The notes under the pieces were generated by a model. It worked only from the letters and a program-made list of their open reading frames with translations, did no database searches and was not told the DNA's origin. This document shows positions 30,177-39,220 of a stretch of 64,000 bases of DNA, one piece after another (the first letter of the stretch is position 1; each line of letters begins with the position of its first letter). The DNA is taken from the NCBI GenBank assembly GCA_003242895.1, contig QKMY01000043.1, positions 19,106-83,105 on the forward strand. Direction: 5' to 3'. Origin of the DNA: Candidatus Margulisiibacteriota bacterium (GTDB taxonomy: Bacteria; Margulisbacteria; Riflemargulisbacteria; GWF2-39-127). The translations under genes and the position numbers were made by a program.

Positions 30177-31118
30177 ATGATAAGGAAAAGGATACTTGTA
30201 ACCGGAGGAGCGGGATTCATCGGCTCACATTTGTGCGAGCGGTTGTTAACGGAAGGGAATGAAGTTGTTTGTGTCGACAATTTCTTTACCGGATCAAAAG
30301 AAAATATTTTCAATTTAATGGATAATAAACGATTTGAGCTTATACGTCACGATATTATCGAACCGATTCTGGTAGAGGTAGACCAAATATACAATCTAGC
30401 GTGCCCAGCATCCCCGGTGCATTATCAATATAACCCAGTTAAGACAATTAAAACTAACGTTATTGGGACGACTAACATGCTGGGACTAGCGAAAAGATTA
30501 AAGGCAACAATACTACAAGCTTCTACTTCTGAAGTTTACGGAGATCCCACCGAGCACCCGCAAAAAGAAACCTATTGGGGGAATGTTAACCCGATCGGCA
30601 TCAGAAGTTGTTATGATGAAGGAAAAAGAGTAGCCGAAACCCTGATGATGGACTATCACAGGCAGAACAACGTTAGTATAAAAATTATCCGCATATTTAA
30701 TACCTATGGCCCGCGAATGGCAGAAAACGACGGCAGGGTAGTTAGCAATTTTATTGTCCAGGCACTAAAAGGCAATAATATAACAGTTTATGGTGATGGT
30801 TCACAAACCAGATCTTTTTGTTATGTAGATGACCTCGTTGACGGAATGATAAAAATGATGAACTCAGAAAAGGGATATATAGGTCCTGTTAACTTAGGTA
30901 ATCCTGTAGAAACCCCAATAGTCGAGTTTGCAAAAAAAATTATCGAATTAACCGGCAGCAAATCTAAAATAATATATGAAAAGCTTCCTGCTGATGATCC
31001 CAAGCAAAGACAGCCAGATATTACACTCGCAAAAACAAAATTAGATTGGGAGCCAAAAGTACCTTTGGAAATGGGACTTAAGAAAGTTATTGAATATTTC
31101 GAAAACAACATGGGATAG
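30177..31118 (+). CDS. uxs: UDP-glucuronate decarboxylase (UDP-xylose synthase)
   Basis: Motifs [47 protein letters not shown] (YxxxK) and IFNTYGPRM. Confidence 0.9.
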   Translation: MIRKRILVTGGAGFIGSHLCERLLTEGNEVVCVDNFFTGSKENIFNLMDNKRFELIRHDIIEPILVEVDQIYNLACPASPVHYQYNPVKTIKTNVIGTTNMLGLAKRLKATILQASTSEVYGDPTEHPQKETYWGNVNPIGIRSCYDEGKRVAETLMMDYHRQNNVSIKIIRIFNTYGPRMAENDGRVVSNFIVQALKGNNITVYGDGSQTRSFCYVDDLVDGMIKMMNSEKGYIGPVNLGNPVETPIVEFAKKIIELTGSKSKIIYEKLPADDPKQRQPDITLAKTKLDWEPKVPLEMGLKKVIEYFENNMG

Positions 31119-31216
31119 TTGCAATTATACTTCCAGTTTTATTAAGTCATTGAAAAGAAGTAGTGATCAAAAAAAGAACAGTAGTTCTTAGAAAATCAGA
31201 GCAAATCAGGGGCAGT

Positions 31217-32131
31217 ATGATTTTTAAAACACCAATACTATTTATAATATTTAATCGACCGGATACAACTCAAGTGGTTTTTGATGAAATAAAAAAGGTT
31301 AAACCCGAAAGACTATTTATAGCCGCAGATGGTCCCCGGGCTGACAAAGAAGAAAATGAAAAATGTCAAATGACGAGGGATATAATAAAACAAGTTAATT
31401 GGGATTGTGATATACATACCTTATTCAGGGAGAAGAATGTCGGTTGTAAGCGTGCTGTAAGCTCTGCAATTGATTGGTTTTTTGAGAATGTAGAGGAAGG
31501 AATAATATTAGAAGATGATTGTGTTCCCAGCCAATCTTTTTTTATGTTTTGCAACCAATTACTAGAACATTACAGGCACGATAAACGGGTTATGATGATA
31601 TCCGGTGATAACTTCCAAAATGGAGTACAACGAGGAAATGCTACCTATTATTTCTCCAGAATTGCTCATATTTGGGGATGGGCAACATGGAGAAGGGCTT
31701 GGCATCTTTACGATGCAAATTTAAAAACATTCCCGGATTTTCTTGCCAGTAACCAAATAAGCAATGTTTATTCCGAACCTGAAATTAAAGAATACTGGAT
31801 CAATTGCCTTAGCGCGGTTTCAAGCAATAAAATTAATACATGGGATTACCAATGGGGCTATACTCTTCTAATGAATAATGGCCTATCGATAATGCCTAAT
31901 ATAAACCTTATCAGCAATATTGGATTTGGGGCAGATGCGACTCATGTAACCAACAGTAACAGCGAATTATCAAATATGAATAAATATGAGCTTTCAGAAA
32001 AGATTATACATCCGATGTTTACTTTGCCTAACAAAGAAGCTGACAACTATACCTATATTAATCATTACGGCTTGAAAAAACCAACTTTTAAGAAAAAGTT
32101 TAAAAGAGCAATAAGCTCCTTAAATGCCTAG
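31217..32131 (+). CDS. GT-A nucleotide-diphospho-sugar transferase (HlpA-like / GNT-I-like family)
   Basis: Motifs PILFIIFNRPDTTQVVFDEIKK..LFIAADGPR and GIILEDDCVPSQSFF (EDD motif). ATG at 31217 follows GGGGCA; the ORF is open from GTG 31163. Confidence 0.6.
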   Translation: MIFKTPILFIIFNRPDTTQVVFDEIKKVKPERLFIAADGPRADKEENEKCQMTRDIIKQVNWDCDIHTLFREKNVGCKRAVSSAIDWFFENVEEGIILEDDCVPSQSFFMFCNQLLEHYRHDKRVMMISGDNFQNGVQRGNATYYFSRIAHIWGWATWRRAWHLYDANLKTFPDFLASNQISNVYSEPEIKEYWINCLSAVSSNKINTWDYQWGYTLLMNNGLSIMPNINLISNIGFGADATHVTNSNSELSNMNKYELSEKIIHPMFTLPNKEADNYTYINHYGLKKPTFKKKFKRAISSLNA

Positions 32132-32245
32132 CCAGAAATAACCCAAGTATATTCTTTTTAGTCTATTCCTGAAAAAAATATCATTTCCATTTCAAACAAT
32201 TTATGGCAATCAAATACATATATTCACAAATCCTAATAATATGCT

Positions 32246-33436
32246 ATGATAGGCGCGCCATTAATGATAGGGGGATATTGCGTGAGAAGCTCTATTCAAT
32301 TATTCTTGAATAAAAGGTTTTTTAATAAAAATGAGGACATCACTCATAGAGGATATCACAATACAATAATAGACTATATCAAGGCAGATGGCACAATAGA
32401 TTACAAACTCATTTACCCATCGCATAGAATTAAGAGAAAACGTCCGTTTACTTTAGGAGAGTTACACTGGAAATTCGAGCGTGACCGGGAATTTGTAACT
32501 CCGGATGCTTTTTTTACCATGATAAAAAATGGCAAAATCTTTGGGGAGACAGGTTCTGTTATTACGCCTGACAATAAAATCATTGGAGACCTAGCTGTTG
32601 AGATGGGTAAAACAACAGCTCACCACACATATCTAACTCTTAACTCGATTCCCAGTCCTACTAGGATAGATGGCAACGTTGCAGTTATCGCCTGTGATGC
32701 CGGTAAAAATTATTTTCACTGGATGTTTGACGTATTACCCCGGCTTGACTTGATATCCAAGGCTGGGGTCCCTTTCAATAGTATTGATAAGTTTGTTGCC
32801 AACAAATGCACTAATAAGTTTCAACTCGATACATTGAAAGTAATCGGCATACCAAAAAGCAAGCTTATTTATGCCGATAAAAGTTTTTATGGGCAGGCTT
32901 CTTCGCTACTCGTACCTTCATATCCGGGATTATCTGGGTTTATGCCGAAGTGGTCTTGTGATTTTTTACGAAGAAATTTATTAGATAAAACTGATTTAAA
33001 GCAAAAAAAAAATTATCCGGAGAAAATTTATATTTCGAGAAACAAAAAGAACAATGTTCGACAGATTTCCAATGAAAATGAAATGCTGAACATAATTAAA
33101 CCGATAGGATTCAAGACAATTGTTCTTGAGGATATGCCCATTCTAGAACAGATACGGTATTTTGCGCATGCCGGAGTTGTATTAGCTGCTCATGGTGCGG
33201 GATTATCTAATCTCGTTTTCTGTAAGCCGGAATGCAAAGTCATAGAGCTGTTCTCTCCTAATTATTTAAATTTATGTTTTTATTATTTATCCGATTTACT
33301 CGATTTAGACTACGCGTATGTGCTTGGTGAAGGAGAAGAACCTCCCAGATTTGTCTGTCCGGGGAAAGGACGAGAAAATATCACTATAAATATTGAGCTG
33401 CTGAAAAAAATGCTGCAGACATTTGTAGCTTTTTAA
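32246..33436 (+). CDS. glycosyltransferase family 61 (DUF563)
   Basis: Motifs NYFHWMFDVLPRL and AHGAGLSNLVFCKPECKVIELF are typical of DUF563/GT61. Contains an A10 tract. Confidence 0.7.
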   Translation: MIGAPLMIGGYCVRSSIQLFLNKRFFNKNEDITHRGYHNTIIDYIKADGTIDYKLIYPSHRIKRKRPFTLGELHWKFERDREFVTPDAFFTMIKNGKIFGETGSVITPDNKIIGDLAVEMGKTTAHHTYLTLNSIPSPTRIDGNVAVIACDAGKNYFHWMFDVLPRLDLISKAGVPFNSIDKFVANKCTNKFQLDTLKVIGIPKSKLIYADKSFYGQASSLLVPSYPGLSGFMPKWSCDFLRRNLLDKTDLKQKKNYPEKIYISRNKKNNVRQISNENEMLNIIKPIGFKTIVLEDMPILEQIRYFAHAGVVLAAHGAGLSNLVFCKPECKVIELFSPNYLNLCFYYLSDLLDLDYAYVLGEGEEPPRFVCPGKGRENITINIELLKKMLQTFVAF

Positions 33437-33486
33437 AACATATCCGCTTTTACCGTTTTCAACTGTTTGCATGCTAAGGTGAGGAA

Positions 33487-34629
33487 ATGCTTATATTTGA
33501 TAAACTTTTTCGTGGTTTTAATAAAAAGAAGAAAAAACAAAAGATAGAGTTGCTTGAAAATATAAATGGAACTTACTTTAGCAAAAATGCATTGATTCTA
33601 TACATGACAGCACCATTTCTTCCTGATAATCCGAACAAAACCCACCAAAACATGCTACAAGTAAAAGAATTAGTAAAAATTGTTGGCAATTACAAATATA
33701 ATGTAGATCTTGTAGATTTCAATAATAAGCTACAATTAAACCGAACGTACGACCTCATCATCGATATACATCCTGGAATCGCACCTATCTATGAGCATAA
33801 AATGAGTCCTGACTGCAAAAAAATTGCCTATATAACCGGATCTAATCCGGATTTTTCTATCAAAGCAGAGTTACTGCGGGTGCAGGCAGCAAATAGTAGG
33901 ACCGGAGCAACCTTAAAACAAAGACGAATAGTTAATCTCTTCAGGAAAGATGTTCTTGATACTTTTGATTCATTCTTTCTAATAGGTAACGAGCATACCC
34001 GCAGTACTTTTAACGAATATGCTGCGAATAGATTTTTTTTAATAAGAAATACAGGATACATTAATTTCCCTCAACCTGACTTTTCTAAGAAGCAAACCAA
34101 CAACTTCTTGTATTTCGCTAGTTTTGGTCAAATCCACAAAGGGCTTGATCTACTGTTAGAAGTTTTTTCCAAGAATAAAAATATCAATCTTTATGTTTGC
34201 AGCAACTTTGAAAGTGAAGGGGATTTTTACCGTGCATATAAAAGATATTTGTACAAAAACAAAAACATTTTCCCTATAGGCTTTGTAGATATTAATAGTA
34301 AACAGTATCAGCAAATTGCAGATAAATGCAGCTATGTGGTTATGCCGTCCTGTTCGGAAGGAATGGCTGGCAGTATACTGACAGGGATGTCATCCGGGCT
34401 AATTCCTATTGTAAGTAGAGAGTGCGGATTAGACGAAGGGGACGTATATATATTTGAAAATTGTTCTATTGATTGTATAGATAAAACTCTAACAGCATTT
34501 GCAAGAAAAAGTAGTGAATGGATAAGGCATGAATCCAGTAGAATTCAGCAAATAGTTCGTGATAAATATTCGATGAATAACTATAGAGAACAGATTAGAG
34601 CTGCCTTAACAAATATTATACCGGTATAA
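33487..34629 (+). CDS. putative GT-B fold glycosyltransferase
   Basis: C-terminal MPSCSEGMAGSILTGMSSGLIPIVSRECG resembles the GT1/GT4 nucleotide-sugar binding region. The N-terminal half is not recognisable. Confidence 0.5.
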   Translation: MLIFDKLFRGFNKKKKKQKIELLENINGTYFSKNALILYMTAPFLPDNPNKTHQNMLQVKELVKIVGNYKYNVDLVDFNNKLQLNRTYDLIIDIHPGIAPIYEHKMSPDCKKIAYITGSNPDFSIKAELLRVQAANSRTGATLKQRRIVNLFRKDVLDTFDSFFLIGNEHTRSTFNEYAANRFFLIRNTGYINFPQPDFSKKQTNNFLYFASFGQIHKGLDLLLEVFSKNKNINLYVCSNFESEGDFYRAYKRYLYKNKNIFPIGFVDINSKQYQQIADKCSYVVMPSCSEGMAGSILTGMSSGLIPIVSRECGLDEGDVYIFENCSIDCIDKTLTAFARKSSEWIRHESSRIQQIVRDKYSMNNYREQIRAALTNIIPV

Positions 34630-34712
34630 TATTGTTTTAATTGTTTACTAATATAGTTAGGTATCATTAGTATTATTTAAGAGTACCTGATTAAAAAAGA
34701 AGTTAACAAAGG

Positions 34713-35840
34713 TTACGTAAGGATACTCGCATATACCTGGTTTGTTGATTCTGCAGTCTTATCCCATGAAAACTTCGCCAATTGTTCATACCCTTTTAAT
34801 TTATAATCATTTAAGATATCTTTATCATAGAGTATTTTCCCAACTTCACTTCGAATGGAATCTTTTTCTGTCGGCTCAAAATATATACCGGCTTTCCCTG
34901 CAACCTCAGGAAACGAACTGCTGTTACTCAATAGAACAGGGCACCCGTAAGTAAACGCTTCGAGTATAGGAAGTCCGAATCCTTCGTAAAGCGAAGGGAA
35001 TACGAACGCTAATGCTCGCGAATATAAACACGCTAAAGTATCATCATTTACAGGTAATTGAATTGTTTTATCTTTCACCCGTAATTTTTCGAAGACTTCT
35101 AATTCTGCAGAGGAAAAAGAACCACCTCCGGCACAGATCAAATAAAGATTTTTGTCCTCCGATAATAGTGGGGTAATCGCAGAAATAAAGGTGTCGAAGT
35201 TTTTATAGCCGCCTCTATTGCCCACAAACAATATAAATCGTTCAGGAGTTGTCGCAACATGCTTATTCAAATCACTTTCGCTTAATGTTGGAGGACCAAG
35301 ATAAACCGTTGAGATCTTATCAGAACCTATGTTATAAAACTTCATAATGTCTATTTTCGTATTTTCAGAGATCGCGATAATCTTTGCTGCTTTCCGGGCT
35401 AATTCTTTTTTTCTTTCTATAGATTTGTCCGAGGCATGATTAGATCCCGGGAATAATTCATGGATCATATCATAAATAGTAAGGACAAAAGGTTTATTGC
35501 CAATATGCTCCAAAAAGTACGTATCGTAATAAGTTGGGTGGAAAATATCAAATTGCCCAGATCTAAGGGCATTAACACTATGCGCTATATTAACCTGGGA
35601 CCTTTTTTTATTAAAGTGGCGTCTCAGTCCTTTAAAAAACCTGTTCTTCATAAATTGTTTGTGTGTGGAAAAGGAAGCGTTGGTCAAATAATGATTGTCA
35701 GAGTAACGAAGAGAAAAATCGACGGTCACATTATATTTGGAAGTGCCTAGGTGAAACGTATTGATAATCTCGGAAAAATATCTGGAGATCCCTCCATATT
35801 GCTGTATATTAAAAATTTGATGATCGTATAGTATCTTCAT
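34713..35840 (-). CDS. glycosyltransferase family 4 (mannosyltransferase-like)
   Basis: MKILYDHQIFNIQQYGGISRYF is a typical N-terminus for this GT4 subgroup. Motif FPSLYEGFGLPILEAFTYGCPVLLSNSSSFPEV is present. The ORF is open up to TTG 35870, and that extension includes an A10 tract. Confidence 0.8.
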   Translation of the reverse strand: MKILYDHQIFNIQQYGGISRYFSEIINTFHLGTSKYNVTVDFSLRYSDNHYLTNASFSTHKQFMKNRFFKGLRRHFNKKRSQVNIAHSVNALRSGQFDIFHPTYYDTYFLEHIGNKPFVLTIYDMIHELFPGSNHASDKSIERKKELARKAAKIIAISENTKIDIMKFYNIGSDKISTVYLGPPTLSESDLNKHVATTPERFILFVGNRGGYKNFDTFISAITPLLSEDKNLYLICAGGGSFSSAELEVFEKLRVKDKTIQLPVNDDTLACLYSRALAFVFPSLYEGFGLPILEAFTYGCPVLLSNSSSFPEVAGKAGIYFEPTEKDSIRSEVGKILYDKDILNDYKLKGYEQLAKFSWDKTAESTNQVYASILT

Positions 35841-35915
35841 TTGTTCACTTGTGATTTTTTTTTTATTCAATTATAGTATATGAGATACAATGAAATAAGA
35901 CAATTAGGGTGAAAA

Positions 35916-36698
35916 ATGAAATGTAAAATTTGCTATAATGAATCTACTTATATATTTTCATCAATTTTGTTGAACAAACATAACGTATCTTATTTTTTTT
36001 GCCCTTTTTGTAATTTTCTGCAAACAGAAGAACCGTACTGGTTAGAAGAATCCTATAATGAAGCCATCAACAAATCAGACACTGGCATTTTTGAAAGAAA
36101 TTTTTATTACAGAGAGAAAACCGCAATTTTAATATATCATTTTTTTGACAAAAATAAAAAGTTTTTGGAGTATGCCGGTGGTTATGGAATACTCACAAGG
36201 CTGATGCGTGATATAGGCTTCGATTTCTATTGGAGCGACAAATATTCAAAAAATCTTTTTGGAAGAGGATTCGAATTCAACGAAACACATTCCAATATCG
36301 AGTTGATTACTACATTTGAAAGTTTTGAGCATTTTGATGAGCCGATTAAAGAAATTGAGACTATGCTGGCGATTTCCGACAGCGTCTTTTTTTCGACGGA
36401 ATTACTACCAAGCCCCATACCACAACCTGACAACTGGTGGTATTACGGCTTAGATCATGGGCAACATATTTCGTTTTATTCAATTAAAACATTGAACTAT
36501 TTGGCGCAAAAATACAATTTGAACTTATATACAAATAAAAACAACTTTCATCTTCTCACAAAAAATGACATTAAAGAAAAATATTTCATCAAATTACTTT
36601 GTTCTAAAAACAAATTGTTTGAGAAAATTAAACACAAGATGGACAGCAAAACAATGAATGATTATTATTACATCACTGAAGAGATTTTAAGAAAATAA
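35916..36698 (+). CDS. class I SAM-dependent methyltransferase with N-terminal Cys4 zinc-ribbon
   Basis: CKIC..(x22)..CPFC zinc ribbon. Motif I-like LEYAGGYGILTRLM. Located inside the glycan island. Confidence 0.6.
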   Translation: MKCKICYNESTYIFSSILLNKHNVSYFFCPFCNFLQTEEPYWLEESYNEAINKSDTGIFERNFYYREKTAILIYHFFDKNKKFLEYAGGYGILTRLMRDIGFDFYWSDKYSKNLFGRGFEFNETHSNIELITTFESFEHFDEPIKEIETMLAISDSVFFSTELLPSPIPQPDNWWYYGLDHGQHISFYSIKTLNYLAQKYNLNLYTNKNNFHLLTKNDIKEKYFIKLLCSKNKLFEKIKHKMDSKTMNDYYYITEEILRK

Positions 36699-36746
36699 TA
36701 ATAATCAAGAGAAAAATGACTTTTTTCGAAAACGAAATCAAACAAT

Positions 36747-37952
36747 ATGAAAAAAATAATGAAAAAAACAGCCATTATAGCTCCATATACGAGACCCGTA
36801 CCGCCGGTACGGGGTGGGGGAGTACAAATCGGGATCGCGGAAGTCGTCAATCACTTCAAACAATTTAAGCCTTATGTCTTCTCCGTTGCGGATAAAGAGC
36901 TCCCGGAAAAGCACATCATTGGGAATGCACAGTTCATACATATAACGGTTACCAAAGAAAGTATGAGGAGTTCCGTATTCGATATATGGAGCCTTAAGGA
37001 ATACGTACATTATTGTTACCAGATTGCGCAATATCTCAATGAAATCCAACCGGAGATAATCCATATCCGTGTCAACCCATGGTTCGTGAGGCCCCTGAAA
37101 AGATTTTTGAAATATAACCCTAAAATCATTTTGCAACATCACACCTGCCCATTCAGCAGATCGATGAAATCCTGGGAAATAAAGTCGATAATGAACAGTA
37201 TCGATATGTTTACCGGGGTATCTGGTTATGTAGTTAATCGTGAAGTACTAAGTCCATATCCGGTTTATGAAAAAAAATGCAGGGTTATCTATAATGGGAT
37301 AAATCCTGAACATTTTACGCCGTACTGGCTCAATGGGTCAGAAAGAAAGAAGCATAGAGCTTCCTTTGGAATAGATGATCATGAACTATTATTGCTCTAT
37401 GTAGGACAGATCAGGGAAAATAAGGGAGTACTCTCCGTTATTAAAGCTTTCAATGAACTGGAAAAGATAAATAAAAATGTTAAACTAATGATGATCGGCA
37501 GTCCTTCCGGTGGAAGCGACAAACCGGACAAAGAACAGAAGGTGTTTTTTGATAGCTTCAAAAAAGAGATAGCCAATAAACCTGCCATTATATACAACGG
37601 CTTTACCGGAAGAAATAAGATACAGGACCTATACCAAATGGCAGACATTTTTTGTGCGCCGTCTATCGTAACAGAAACTTTCGGACTTGTTATTGCTGAA
37701 GCTATGGCGTCAGGGCTTCCGGTTATTTCGAGTACGCGGGGAGGTATACCGGAACTTGTGGGTGATGCAGGTTATATGGTTGAACATCCTGAATTTCCAG
37801 ACGAAATACTACCTTTAATGCAGATGTTAGTTTCGGATAGGCAATTGCGAGAGAGAATAGGGCGTTCAGCCAGGACAAGGATTGAAAACAATTTCACATG
37901 GGAGAAAACTGCCGCAACTACAGAGCAAATTTATCTGGAATTATTGGAGTAA
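36747..37952 (+). CDS. glycosyltransferase family 4 (first of a tandem paralog pair)
   Basis: Motifs AIIAPYTRPVPPVRGGGV and ETFGLVIAEAMASGLPVISSTRGGIPELV. An alternative ATG lies at 36759. Confidence 0.8.
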   Translation: MKKIMKKTAIIAPYTRPVPPVRGGGVQIGIAEVVNHFKQFKPYVFSVADKELPEKHIIGNAQFIHITVTKESMRSSVFDIWSLKEYVHYCYQIAQYLNEIQPEIIHIRVNPWFVRPLKRFLKYNPKIILQHHTCPFSRSMKSWEIKSIMNSIDMFTGVSGYVVNREVLSPYPVYEKKCRVIYNGINPEHFTPYWLNGSERKKHRASFGIDDHELLLLYVGQIRENKGVLSVIKAFNELEKINKNVKLMMIGSPSGGSDKPDKEQKVFFDSFKKEIANKPAIIYNGFTGRNKIQDLYQMADIFCAPSIVTETFGLVIAEAMASGLPVISSTRGGIPELVGDAGYMVEHPEFPDEILPLMQMLVSDRQLRERIGRSARTRIENNFTWEKTAATTEQIYLELLE

Positions 37953-37954
37953 TA

Positions 37955-39148
37955 ATGAAAAAAGTAGCAATTATCGCACCGGATGCATTACCAGTTCCGC
38001 CAATCAGGGGAGGCGGAATAGAAAATGGCATATGGGAAATCCTGCCACATTTGAAAAAATTCGAAGTACACGTACTCTCGATATATGAACCGGAAATCGA
38101 TAAGCTGTCATCATACGAGAAGGAAGGGCAGCATCATATTCATCGTTTTTACCTCTCTGATCGAAAAAAAGCGCTTCTCCGGCTACGACATTTATCTTTT
38201 AACTTCCATTTTCCATATGCTTTTGCCACTGCAAAAAAACTGAATGAATTAAAACCTGATATCATCCATATCAGAAGTCGATTATGGTTACTGCCATATT
38301 ATAAAAAGCTTCTAACTTTTAAACCGAAAATTATTTTACATCACCATAACCACTATTTCTGCAATATGAAGGATAAATCAGTAAAGAAATATCTCGATAT
38401 GATCGACGCTTTTGTTGGTGTGAGCCATTATACCTCATCCCTTGAAGTAATTAACCGGTTCCCAGAATACCAGAATAAGTGTTTTGATATCCATAACGGA
38501 ATAACTCTCGAAAAATTTCATCTTTCACCTCAACAAAAAAACAAAGATCTATTGCAGAAATTAGGACTAAAAGCAACCGATACTACTATGATCTTTGTTG
38601 GGAGATTGACTCACTCTAAAGGAGTTCACACAATACTCTTAGCCATGAAGGAGCTCGTTCCTCAGTATCCGGATTTGAAGTTGTTGATTATTGGCAGTTC
38701 CTGGTTTGGCGAAAATAAAGAAGACACTTATTCTACCTATTTAAAGGAATTATCACTCTCGATAAAGAATAACGTAATTTTCACGGGATTTATCAATCGT
38801 AATGAAATAGAGTCCTATTACCACGTGGCAGATCTTTTCGTTGCACCGTCTATTTTTCAAGACCCTTCGCCAAACACTTGCTATGAAGCCTCGGCAGTAG
38901 GATTGCCGATAGTAGCATCAACACGGGGCGGAATACCAGAAATTGTTGAGGATGGAAAAACCGGAATCCTGATGAAAACTGCCGAAAATTATCAAGAACT
39001 AAAAGAGAAAATCACTTACTTCTTAACCAATCGTGAGGTGATGGAAATGATGGGAAAGGCAGCGAGAAAACGAATGGAAAATGTTTTCACATGGAAATGT
39101 GCTGCAGAAAAAACTGAGAAATTATATAGTTATCTCTTAGACTCTTAA
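37955..39148 (+). CDS. glycosyltransferase family 4 (second of a tandem paralog pair)
   Basis: MKKVAIIAPDALPVPPIRGGGI parallels the upstream paralog. Motif PNTCYEASAVGLPIVASTRGGIPEIVEDGKTG is present. ATG at 37955 lies 2 nt after the previous stop. Confidence 0.8.
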   Translation: MKKVAIIAPDALPVPPIRGGGIENGIWEILPHLKKFEVHVLSIYEPEIDKLSSYEKEGQHHIHRFYLSDRKKALLRLRHLSFNFHFPYAFATAKKLNELKPDIIHIRSRLWLLPYYKKLLTFKPKIILHHHNHYFCNMKDKSVKKYLDMIDAFVGVSHYTSSLEVINRFPEYQNKCFDIHNGITLEKFHLSPQQKNKDLLQKLGLKATDTTMIFVGRLTHSKGVHTILLAMKELVPQYPDLKLLIIGSSWFGENKEDTYSTYLKELSLSIKNNVIFTGFINRNEIESYYHVADLFVAPSIFQDPSPNTCYEASAVGLPIVASTRGGIPEIVEDGKTGILMKTAENYQELKEKITYFLTNREVMEMMGKAARKRMENVFTWKCAAEKTEKLYSYLLDS

Positions 39149-39220
39149 CTTCATAGTTTACAATTCATAATGTATCTTCCATAATATTAAGTAAATCAAT
39201 TCCTTGATTAAGGAGCTAAT

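Noticed and set aside
36738-37142. 134-aa antisense ORF over the 5' part of the first tandem GT4 gene.
   Set aside because: The sense-strand GT4 has clear family motifs and a paralog next door. The antisense product has no recognisable features.
37898-37954. 19-codon N-terminal extension of the second tandem GT4 that overlaps the end of the first.
   Set aside because: ATG at 37955 gives an N-terminus (MKKVAIIAP...) matching the paralog. The extension is just the upstream gene read in another frame.
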